DNA of 41,782 nucleotides from an uncultured Syntrophorhabdus sp. (GTDB taxonomy: Bacteria > Desulfobacterota > BSN033 > UBA1163), in assembly GCA_964638215.1 (NCBI GenBank), contig CAZXBI010000001.1, forward strand, positions 3,709 through 45,490, in the 5' to 3' direction. Below, piece after piece: positions 1 to 9,414 of the stretch. Position 1 is the stretch's first letter, and each line of letters starts with the position of its first letter. The translations under genes and the position numbers were made by a program. The notes under the pieces were generated by a model that saw only the letters and a program-made list of their open reading frames with translations, did no database searches and had not been told where the DNA came from.

Positions 1-49
1 TAATAATGTCAATATTTTTTGATTTTTTTTATAAAAATTAAAAAAAAGC

Positions 50-78
50 TTGACAAACTTTTTCAACTGTAGTATTTT
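50..78 (+). promoter_or_regulatory. Putative sigma-70-type promoter
   Basis: TTGACA at 50-55, a 17-nt spacer, then TATTTT at 73-78. An extremely A/T-rich UP-like tract occupies 1-49. The predicted start site lies just upstream of the riboswitch P1 stem. Confidence 0.4.
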
Positions 79-87
79 AAACCACTA

Positions 88-266
88 AGCTACAGGAGAG
101 ACCCCGAAGAGGGGCGCCGAAGGGGCAAGTTATAAGACGAAACTCTCAGGCAAAAGGACTGTAACTTATTTCAATCCTGGAAAGACCGAGGTGACAAGGC
201 TCGGGCACCGAAGGGGGCAAATCCCGAGTTTATCGAGGGATAATCTCTCAGGTCAAAAGACAGGAG
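88..266 (+). promoter_or_regulatory. Tandem glycine riboswitch (two aptamers)
   Basis: Aptamer 1: P1 is TACAG (91-95) paired with CTGTA (159-163), with conserved GGAGAG, GCCGAAGGGGCAA and CTCTCAGGCAAAAGGAC. Aptamer 2: P1 is TCCTG (176-180) paired with CAGGA (261-265), with GCACCGAAGGGGGCAA and CTCTCAGGTCAAAAGAC. These are the hallmark glycine-aptamer cores, joined by a short linker. Confidence 0.85.
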
Positions 267-308
267 GAAGGACAATCGCATTGAATTGTTCTTCCTCCTT
301 TTTGTTTT
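262..308 (+). terminator. Intrinsic terminator forming the riboswitch expression platform
   Basis: The stem pairs AGGAGGAAG (262-270) plus ACAAT (272-276) with ATTGT (285-289) plus CTTCCTCCT (291-299). It is followed by TTTTTGTTTT. The 5' arm overlaps the 3' strand of aptamer-2 P1, which fits a glycine-ON antitermination design. Confidence 0.75.
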
Positions 309-357
309 GGAGGGTTCATCAATGAAAAGCCTTTTCTGATGGGATGAGGGATAGAGC

Positions 358-1656
358 ATGGGTTTGTATTCAAAAAAAAGTGAACGCATCGATACGGAAA
401 ATGCATTCAAGATCGGGCCTCAGATAAGGTCCATCGAGGAACAAGGGAAAAAGGTGATTAAGTGTAATCTGGGGGAGCCGGATTTTCCTGTCCCTGAGTT
501 TATCAAAGATGAGGTAAAAAGACAGCTTGACCTGGATAATACGCATTATTGTGATCCCCAAGGGGTTCTTTCTCTGCGGAAAGCCATTGCAAAACACCTC
601 AGTGAAACCCGGGGGATTCAAGCAACGGCTGACCGGGTCGTCGTCTTCCCCGGTGCGAAACCTCCCATCGGGTTATGCCAGCAGACCTATTGCGATCCAG
701 GGGATGAGGTGATTTATCCCAGTCCGGGTTTTCCCATCTATGAATCCTTTATTAAATATGTAGATGCCCGACCTTTTCCCATCCATTTGAGAGAAGAGAA
801 AAACTTCACTCTTTCGGGAGAAGATATCCAATCCTTTTTAACGAAAAAGACAAAGATGATCTTTCTCAACTTCCCCTCGAATCCTACGGGAGGGGTAGCC
901 TCCCTGGAACAACTTCGAGATATCGCTGATGTGATCCAAAGGCGAGGTTCAGAGGAGATTCGCATTTTTTCAGATGAAGTGTATGAGGACATTCTTTTTG
1001 ATGGGGCCAAACACCATAGTATCATCTCCTGTCCCGGGATGGAGAAGTTCACCATTTTGGTCAGTGGAGCTTCCAAGAGTTTTTCCTGGACGGGGGGGAG
1101 AATTGGATGGGCCCTCTTTCCAACCCTGGAGGAAGCCGAAGTCTTCAGGAATCTCAATATCAACTATTTCTCCTGCATCCCTCCGTACAATCAGGAGGGT
1201 GCTCGCCTTGCCCTGGAGTCGCCGCTCAGCCAGAATGCTATCCGCAGCATGGTGAATACGTTTCAGGAACGGAGGGGCATTGTCATCGATGGTTTGAATA
1301 GGATCAAGGGGATTCGGTGTCAGAAGCCAAAAGGAGCCTTCTATGTTTTCCCAAACATCGAAGAAGTTTGCAAGAATCTTGGGATTATAGAGGCATTTCA
1401 GAGTCTCCCCCCTGACCTGAGGCAGAGGACGAGCCCCTCAACCCTTTTCCAGATGTTTTTGCTATATGAGTATCAGGTAGCAACCATGGATCGAAAATCC
1501 TTTGGCCGTATTGGAACGGAAAACCTGCATTATTTGCGTCTCTCCTTTGCCACGGATACAGACTCTTTGAAAGAAGGATTGAGGCGACTTTCAATAGCCT
1601 CTCAAGATAAAAAAGGTTTCGGTCAGTTTTTCAAGAAGAGAGAGCATCTTTATTAA
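358..1656 (+). CDS. PLP-dependent aminotransferase, class I/II (aspartate/alanine-aminotransferase-like)
   Basis: 432-aa ORF. It has a typical fold-type I layout with the Schiff-base lysine motif SGASKSFSWTGGRIGW and an N-terminal NLGEPDFP motif. GAGGGA lies upstream of the ATG. Confidence 0.8.
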   Translation: MGLYSKKSERIDTENAFKIGPQIRSIEEQGKKVIKCNLGEPDFPVPEFIKDEVKRQLDLDNTHYCDPQGVLSLRKAIAKHLSETRGIQATADRVVVFPGAKPPIGLCQQTYCDPGDEVIYPSPGFPIYESFIKYVDARPFPIHLREEKNFTLSGEDIQSFLTKKTKMIFLNFPSNPTGGVASLEQLRDIADVIQRRGSEEIRIFSDEVYEDILFDGAKHHSIISCPGMEKFTILVSGASKSFSWTGGRIGWALFPTLEEAEVFRNLNINYFSCIPPYNQEGARLALESPLSQNAIRSMVNTFQERRGIVIDGLNRIKGIRCQKPKGAFYVFPNIEEVCKNLGIIEAFQSLPPDLRQRTSPSTLFQMFLLYEYQVATMDRKSFGRIGTENLHYLRLSFATDTDSLKEGLRRLSIASQDKKGFGQFFKKREHLY

Positions 1657-1715
1657 GAATATTAGGGTTGCGAAACGATACGAGTGAATCATAAAAAAGT
1701 GGAGTATCAAATCCT

Positions 1716-2693
1716 ATGAAATCAAGGGTCTTGATCAGCCAGAAAATCTTTGATGAAGTGGTGGCTATGGTTAGACAGCATTTTGAGGTCGATTGGAACC
1801 AGAGCGAAACGCCTCTCTCCCCATCTGTTCTGATTCAAAGGCTTCGGGATAAGATGGGAGCGATCATTTTGCTCACGGATCGAATTGATGAGGAGGTTCT
1901 CTCCCAATGTTCTGAGCTAAAGATTGTCTCGAATGTGGCAGTGGGATACAATAATATTGATGTTGAGGCCTGTACCCGTCGCGGGGTCATGGTGACGAAT
2001 ACCCCGGGTGTTTTGGATGATACGACGGCGGACTTGACCTGGGCCCTCCTTCTGGCTACCGCGAGGCGAGTCGTTGAGGCGGATCAATTCCTCCGTTCTT
2101 TGAAATGGAAAGGTTGGAAACTCATGGAATTTTTAGGCTACGATGTTCACCACAAGGTCATTGGCATCTGTGGACTCGGACGCATCGGACAGCGCGTGGC
2201 AAGGCGGGCCAAAGGATTTGAGATGCAGATCTTATATACCGACGTTATTCGAGCTGCTCCATCGTTGGAGGAGGAGCTGGGGGCCCGTTTTGTAGACAAA
2301 AAGACCTTGCTGGCAGAGTCAGATTTTGTGACACTTCATGTGCCGTTGACGCCTCAGACCGCGCACTATATCTCTATGACTGAATTTTCGATGATGAAAC
2401 CTACTGCAATTATGATTAATGCTTCTCGAGGTCCTGTGGTGGATGAGAAGGCTTTAGTCCAGGCATTAAAGGAGGGAAAGATCGCAGGAGCAGGGCTGGA
2501 TGTTTATGAAAGAGAACCAGAGGTCGAACCTGAGCTCATTGGGATGAAGAATGTTGTTTTGGCTCCACACATTGCCAGTGCTTCTCGTGAGACACGACTT
2601 CGGATGGCCACCATGGCGGCAGAAAACTTGGTAGCAGGGCTTACAGGAAAACGCCCTCTAAATCTGGTGAATGAGGAAGTGCTGAAATTGTAA
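1716..2693 (+). CDS. D-isomer-specific 2-hydroxyacid dehydrogenase, glyoxylate/hydroxypyruvate reductase (GhrB/TkrA)-like
   Basis: 325 aa. NAD(P) fingerprint GLGRIGQRVARRA. Catalytic-region motifs NASRGPVVDE and APHIASAS. Confidence 0.8.
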   Translation: MKSRVLISQKIFDEVVAMVRQHFEVDWNQSETPLSPSVLIQRLRDKMGAIILLTDRIDEEVLSQCSELKIVSNVAVGYNNIDVEACTRRGVMVTNTPGVLDDTTADLTWALLLATARRVVEADQFLRSLKWKGWKLMEFLGYDVHHKVIGICGLGRIGQRVARRAKGFEMQILYTDVIRAAPSLEEELGARFVDKKTLLAESDFVTLHVPLTPQTAHYISMTEFSMMKPTAIMINASRGPVVDEKALVQALKEGKIAGAGLDVYEREPEVEPELIGMKNVVLAPHIASASRETRLRMATMAAENLVAGLTGKRPLNLVNEEVLKL

Positions 2694-2834
2694 AAGTTTT
2701 AGACCCAAAGGAACTGGGATGATTGATTTAAAAATAGAGCCTCAACGATTTTTTGTAACTTGGTCAATCCATTGTGAATCTGGGATTCTATTCATCCGAA
2801 GCTTATCAAGAAAGCGAAGAAAAAGGAGGAATTC

Positions 2835-3488
2835 ATGAGCAAAGAAATCTACGATAAGTTAAGAGAATGTATTTTGGAGGGAGACGGTGAAGGACTCGTC
2901 AAGGCAACAGAGGCAGGTCTTTCACAAAAGCTTCAACCCATAACGATGATCGATAAGATGACCGAGACGATGAAAGAGGTTGGTCAGAGATTTGAGAGTG
3001 GAGAGTTTTTCCTTCCCGAAATGATCAAAGCGGCAGATGCATGGAAAAAAGCGATGGCGTCCTTGGAGTCCAAGATGAGTGCTGGGGAGATAGCGGAGAT
3101 AGCAAAGAGAAAAGCTGGTCGAATCGTTATTGGAACAGTGCAAAGCGACATCCATGATCTGGGAAAAAACATTGTGATCGCTTTTCTGAAGACGGTTGGG
3201 TTTGAGATCATGGACTTAGGGGTTGACGTTCCAGCATCAAAGTTCATTTCGGCAGCCGAGGAGTTTAAAGCCGATATCATCGGTATGTCTTCACTCCTGA
3301 CCACTTCAATGCCTTATCAAAAATCGGTGATTGAACACCTCACCGCGAGAAATCTGAGAAACAAATATAAGGTGATTGTGGGAGGAGGTCCGGTCAACCA
3401 GGCGTGGGCAGACACGGTCGGAGCCGATGGTTATGCCCGAGATGCAGTTGAAACTGCGAAACTTTGTTCAAGTCTAGTCAAAGGCTAA
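2835..3488 (+). CDS. Corrinoid (cobalamin)-binding methyltransferase protein, MtmC/MtbC/MttC-like
   Basis: 217 aa. It has an N-terminal helical cap followed by a Rossmann B12-binding domain with the His-on motif GTVQSDIHDLGKN (DxHxxG), plus SSLLTTS and VGGGP. A strong RBS (AAAAGGAGG) precedes the ATG. Confidence 0.85.
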   Translation: MSKEIYDKLRECILEGDGEGLVKATEAGLSQKLQPITMIDKMTETMKEVGQRFESGEFFLPEMIKAADAWKKAMASLESKMSAGEIAEIAKRKAGRIVIGTVQSDIHDLGKNIVIAFLKTVGFEIMDLGVDVPASKFISAAEEFKADIIGMSSLLTTSMPYQKSVIEHLTARNLRNKYKVIVGGGPVNQAWADTVGADGYARDAVETAKLCSSLVKG

Positions 3489-3512
3489 AACAGACTGGAA
3501 AGGAGATGGAAG

Positions 3513-4913
3513 ATGATTAGTTTCTCTGAAGTGGTCAGAAGGGCTCTAACGGGGCCGATCTGTTTGGAAAAAGAATTCGACATGGAGATTTTTGTCCCTG
3601 AACTGCAACGGGTGGTCAAGAAATATGAGATCAAATATGATCCGCAAAATCCGATTCCTTCCGATGATGCCTTGGCCGACCGTATCTTTGCGGCCGCCTT
3701 TGAATTCTACGCAAAAGTGGGAACATACTGCCTCGACAGCGAAAGAAGAATCCTGTTCACGGAAGAAGAGATCAGAGATGCTCTGGCAACAGCCAATGAA
3801 GGGGTCTGGCTGGGAGAAGGAAATGAACGAAGTTACTTAACATGGAGAAAACCTGAGAGCGACAGAAGGCCTTTCTGCTCGCTGGGGGCAGCAGGTGCCC
3901 CGGTTTCAACGGAGGATATTTTATTTAGAGTCGCGAGAGGTTTTGCCTCCATTCCCATTTCGAATGGAATGACCACCCCTGCCCTTACCATTATGGATGG
4001 CCAACGGACCATGGGAGGGAGCCCTCTGGAGATAGAGGCCTCCATCCGAACCGTCCAACTCGTCCGAGAGGCCTGCCGGCGTGCAGGAAAGCCGGGGCTG
4101 CCCATCATGAATGGAATCGCTACGGCCACGACCGCCACGGCGACCATTGCCGCGAGCCACTTTGGAATGCGCACCACAGATATCTGGGAACTGGGGGCCA
4201 TTGGTGAGATGAAGGTCAATTTCCAGCTTTTGAATAAAGCAGCTTACCTCCAGGCCTGGGGAGGAAACAGCCTTGCGGAAACGGGACCTTCCCTGGGAGG
4301 GTTTTGTGGGGGGCCGGAAGGCACATCGGTTGTCACGACGGCTTACCATCTTCAAGGCATCCTTGTCCACCGTTCGGTGTTCCAGCATCCCTTCACCATC
4401 CACTTCAAGTACCAATGTAACACGGGACGGGACCTGATCTGGGTCTTTGCCACCAGTAACCAGGCTTGCAGCAGGAACAGCCACTGGCCGGTTCTCAGTC
4501 TCATGTACACAGCCGGGGGTCCGATGACAGAAATGTATTTTCACGAGGCCACCGCATGGGTGCTAGCAGCAATCACGGGTGGGACGAATGTTGAGATCGG
4601 CGGCGTGGCAAAAGCAATCAATCCGGATCATCTTACTCCTATCGAACCCCTGTATGCCGGGGAGGTGGCGCTGGCAGCCGCTGGCCAGAAGATGACACGT
4701 AAACAGGCCAATGAGATTGCAAAGGCCCTCCTGCCCAAGTATGAGGATAAGATCAAAGGAGATCCTACGCTGACGATCGGGAAGAAGTATCAAGAACTCT
4801 ACGATATGGATACCTTGAAGCCATGCAGCGCATACGTCGACCTCTATCAACAAATGAAGAAAGAAATCGGCAAGATGGGAGTGAAGTTCCAGTATCATTT
4901 TCCTCTCAAATAA
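3513..4913 (+). CDS. MtmB-family (monomethylamine methyltransferase-like) protein, non-pyrrolysine form
   Basis: 466 aa, colinear with Methanosarcina MtmB as I recall it. Shared stretches include YC.D..RI..(F/Y)TEEEI.DA, AG(K/R)PG, P..GG(F/Y).GG.E.T, GP.TEM, and the C-terminal (F/Y)QE.YD..T..P block. There is no in-frame stop at the Pyl-equivalent site. The RBS AAGGAG precedes the ATG. Confidence 0.75.
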   Translation: MISFSEVVRRALTGPICLEKEFDMEIFVPELQRVVKKYEIKYDPQNPIPSDDALADRIFAAAFEFYAKVGTYCLDSERRILFTEEEIRDALATANEGVWLGEGNERSYLTWRKPESDRRPFCSLGAAGAPVSTEDILFRVARGFASIPISNGMTTPALTIMDGQRTMGGSPLEIEASIRTVQLVREACRRAGKPGLPIMNGIATATTATATIAASHFGMRTTDIWELGAIGEMKVNFQLLNKAAYLQAWGGNSLAETGPSLGGFCGGPEGTSVVTTAYHLQGILVHRSVFQHPFTIHFKYQCNTGRDLIWVFATSNQACSRNSHWPVLSLMYTAGGPMTEMYFHEATAWVLAAITGGTNVEIGGVAKAINPDHLTPIEPLYAGEVALAAAGQKMTRKQANEIAKALLPKYEDKIKGDPTLTIGKKYQELYDMDTLKPCSAYVDLYQQMKKEIGKMGVKFQYHFPLK

Positions 4914-5009
4914 TTGTTTGGTGAGGCTGCTGTTACGCTGAAACACCGTGAATGATTCGCGCGCGCTCCTTTCCGAAAAGAAAGGGGGAAGGCGCGGGCA
5001 GGAGGGAAT

Positions 5010-5807
5010 ATGGCCACCCGTGAAGAAGTAAGGAAGCTTCATCCAACAGAGATCAGGAAACTTATTCGGAAGGGAGAATGGAAGGGATCCACAGAGGGGT
5101 GCGCATCAGAGTTTGCCCAAGCCAATCTGGCCATTTTACCTGCGAAAAACGCCTTTGATTTCCTTCTGTTCTGTCAAAGAAACCCTAAACCCTGCCCGGT
5201 ATTAGAGGTGACGGAACCGGGAAAATACCTTTTGAAGGACGTGGCTGAGGGGGCCGATATCAGAACGGATCTTCCCCGCTACCGAGTCTATGAGAAAGGC
5301 GAATGCGTTCGAGAAGTTGAGGACATCAAGGACTACTGGAAAGAGGATATGGTCGCGTTTCTCCTTGGATGCAGCTATTCCTTCGAGTGGTTTCTGCTCA
5401 AGTCCAATGTCCGGTTGAGACATATCGAGTTGGGGCAGGTCGTTTCTCTCTATATTACGAACATTGCCTGTAAACCGGCGGGGATCTTTAATGGCCCCAT
5501 GGTTACCAGTATGAGACCCATCCGCAGGGATCAACTCGTTCGTGCTATTCAGATTACTTCCAGGGTGCCTGCGGTTCATGGCGCCCCGATTCATGTCGGT
5601 GATCCCAAGAAGATCGGCGTGGATCTTTCGCGTCCAGACTTTGGCTGGAAGCCTGAAATGGAAGAAGATGATGTCCCTGTTTTTTGGGCTTGCGGTGTTA
5701 CCCCCCAAGCGGTGGCTATGAAGAGTAAGGTCGATTTCATGATCACCCATTCTCCGGGGTTTATGTTTATTACGGATGTTCGATCAGAGGACCTGGCAGT
5801 CTTCTAA
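5010..5807 (+). CDS. DUF1445/UPF0317 putative hydro-lyase (D-glutamate cyclase-like, YcsI family)
   Basis: 265 aa. The N-terminus (R.LIR.GEW.G.T.G......AQANL.ILP...A.DFLLFC.RNPKPCP) is characteristic of the YcsI / D-glutamate cyclase family. RBS AGGAGGG. Confidence 0.7.
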   Translation: MATREEVRKLHPTEIRKLIRKGEWKGSTEGCASEFAQANLAILPAKNAFDFLLFCQRNPKPCPVLEVTEPGKYLLKDVAEGADIRTDLPRYRVYEKGECVREVEDIKDYWKEDMVAFLLGCSYSFEWFLLKSNVRLRHIELGQVVSLYITNIACKPAGIFNGPMVTSMRPIRRDQLVRAIQITSRVPAVHGAPIHVGDPKKIGVDLSRPDFGWKPEMEEDDVPVFWACGVTPQAVAMKSKVDFMITHSPGFMFITDVRSEDLAVF

Positions 5808-5865
5808 ACGACGGGAGAGGTTGCTATGGGTTTGTTATCCCCTTTTCAACAGTGAGGAGAAAAAC

Positions 5866-6735
5866 ATGGAAAGAATGAGTGTTGCTGGTGCTATTGATCT
5901 TCATATCCATACAAATCCGGACTTGATCGATCGTATTGGCGATGACAGGGATATTGTCAGAAATGCCAGAGATGCAGGGATGTTGGGGGTGCAGCTGAAA
6001 GGCCACATGGAAAGCACGGTCAGCCGGGCCTACTTCATGAGCAAGGAATTCCCTGAAGTCAAGGTGTTTGGTGGAATTGTGTTGAACCGCTATGTGGGAG
6101 GGATTAATCCCCAAGCGGTGGAAGCGTCCCTCCGAAAAGGGGGAAAGAGCGTTTGGATGCCTACGGTGGATGCCAATTACCATGCGAAGAAGTATGGAAA
6201 AACGGGGCGCTATACGGTTCAGGAACTCGATGCCAAAGGAAGCGAAGTGGGCATTTGTGTTTTGGATGATGATGGTAAGCTGATCCCTGAAGTCCTCGAA
6301 GTTCTGGACCTCGTCGCCCAGTATGATGCCGTGCTTGGAACGTCCCACCTTTCACCTGAGGAGATCCTAAAACTAATTGACGAAGCCAAAAAAAGAAAAG
6401 TGGAGAAGATCTGTCTGACCCACCCCTTTGTGAAAGTCCCCGGGGTGGACCTCAACTTTTTGAAAGAGGTCATTCCCAAGGGCGTTTTTGCTGAATTCGG
6501 CTACTGCACGATCACTCCCATGTGGGCGGATGCAACGGTCGAGCAGAAAAAGGAGGCCATCAAAGCCTTGGGAGCCGAGCATTGCATCCTCGTTTCAGAT
6601 GGAGGGCAGATCCATAACCCGTGGCCCCATGAGGGGCTTCGGATATTCGCTCAATCCTTGCATGAAAAGGGCATCTTACCGAAGGAGATAGAGACCATGA
6701 TTATCCATAACCCCAGGCAGCTGATGGGGATTTAA
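5866..6735 (+). CDS. TIM-barrel metal-dependent hydrolase (amidohydrolase/PHP-like, DUF6282-like)
   Basis: The ATG at 5866 follows GAGGAG. The N-terminal IDLHIHTNPD metal-binding motif, an internal GTSH and a late LVSDGGQ resemble amidohydrolase-superfamily ligand positions. The longer ORF from 5776 overlaps the upstream gene and is unlikely. Confidence 0.55.
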   Translation: MERMSVAGAIDLHIHTNPDLIDRIGDDRDIVRNARDAGMLGVQLKGHMESTVSRAYFMSKEFPEVKVFGGIVLNRYVGGINPQAVEASLRKGGKSVWMPTVDANYHAKKYGKTGRYTVQELDAKGSEVGICVLDDDGKLIPEVLEVLDLVAQYDAVLGTSHLSPEEILKLIDEAKKRKVEKICLTHPFVKVPGVDLNFLKEVIPKGVFAEFGYCTITPMWADATVEQKKEAIKALGAEHCILVSDGGQIHNPWPHEGLRIFAQSLHEKGILPKEIETMIIHNPRQLMGI

Positions 6736-6742
6736 AAGATGA

Positions 6743-8500
<1,758 letters not shown>

Positions 8501-8530
8501 TAATTCATCCTATGAGTTAAGGAGTTGTCC

Positions 8531-8848
8531 ATGGAAGAGAGACTGATCCATGCGAAAGTTCATCGACATACGCCGGGAGATAAAGAGAAGAGATACGATG
8601 TGTTCAAGGTCCCCCATAGTCTCGGAATGACGGTCCAAATCCTGCTTCGCTATATCTACGAAAATATAGATCCCACGCTGGCATTCAGGGATTATCGGTG
8701 TGGCCAGGGAATCTGTAATACCTGTCAGATCAAGGTGAACGGAAAGGTGATTCGATCATGTGAAACTCCCGTCCAATTAGGGCAGGAGGTTCTTCTGGAA
8801 CCGGCCAATGATCTCGTCATCAAAGATTTGGTCGTTCAGCCTGACTGA
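8531..8848 (+). CDS. Small [2Fe-2S] protein corresponding to the N-terminal domain of SdhB/FrdB only
   Basis: About 106 aa. Cys spacing CGQGICNTCQIKVNGKVIRSC is C-x4-C-x2-C-x11-C, as in the SdhB 2Fe-2S domain. It has no 4Fe-4S/3Fe-4S cysteine clusters. RBS TAAGGAG lies 6 nt upstream of the ATG. Confidence 0.65.
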   Translation: MEERLIHAKVHRHTPGDKEKRYDVFKVPHSLGMTVQILLRYIYENIDPTLAFRDYRCGQGICNTCQIKVNGKVIRSCETPVQLGQEVLLEPANDLVIKDLVVQPD

Positions 8849-8881
8849 ACTTATTCATGTTACCATTCATTTATGTGATAG

Positions 8882-9280
8882 GTCCAACCCTTAGCAAGAG
8901 CGGTTGTCGAAGGAATTAGAGCTTCTGACCCCGAACTGATCTTCACTGGGGTGCCTGGGTTAGTTTCTTATGAGATTGCAAAAAGCCTTGGCCTCAGAGT
9001 GGCTGCACTTATCCCCATTGATTTGGATTTCCATAAGGACGGAAGTTCGATTATCGAAAGAGCAAAACGGAGGAGAGACCCTAATGAAATCGCCCGTAAG
9101 GCATTGAAGCTTGTTACCACTGGAAAGCTGGAAACCATCGACGGGGTGGATAAGGAGTTGAAGGTTGATATTTTGCTGGTTCATGGGGATGGTCCAAATG
9201 CAGTAGAGATTCTGCGAGAGGTAAAATCGGTATTGATCCATAAGGGGGTAAAGGTTGGACCGTTTCCGAATTTCGTATGA
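8882..9280 (+). pseudogene. C-terminal fragment of a LamB/YcsF (PxpA, 5-oxoprolinase subunit A) family gene
   Basis: The open frame from 8882 encodes about 132 aa ending in ...KVDILLVHGDGPNAVEILREV..., the family's conserved C-terminal HGD region. The N-terminal half of the family (the metal-binding region as I recall it) is absent. The only start is a GTG at 8951, with no RBS. Confidence 0.5.
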
Positions 9281-9414
9281 TTCCATAGGAAATATTCGGA
9301 CAACTCCTGTTCCCTGCTTTATTGCAACAAAACAGAGGGACAAGGGGCAGATGGATGGTATGGTTTACCGGATTGAGGAGAACAATTTTGAATTTCGAGA
9401 AAGGAGGAGGTATC

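Noticed and set aside
4104-4115. Possible pyrrolysine (UAG) recoding in the MtmB-like gene.
   Set aside because: The ORF is uninterrupted. The aligned Pyl position is occupied by sense codons (ATG AAT). There is therefore no evidence for Pyl decoding in this window.
4959-4997. Hairpin after the MtmB-like gene as a terminator.
   Set aside because: Only a 6-bp core (CCTTTC/GAAAGG) pairs cleanly. The outer GC arms need bulges and there is no U-tract. The next gene's RBS follows immediately, so read-through is more likely.
5776-5865. N-terminal extensions of track ORFs at 5776, 6785, 9322, 10671, 14668, 26879, 35217 and 36747.
   Set aside because: The extensions overlap upstream genes or lack an RBS. 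In each case an internal ATG preceded by a GGAG-type Shine-Dalgarno gives an N-terminus that matches the family (a signal peptide, LivH N-terminus, FAD fold and so on).
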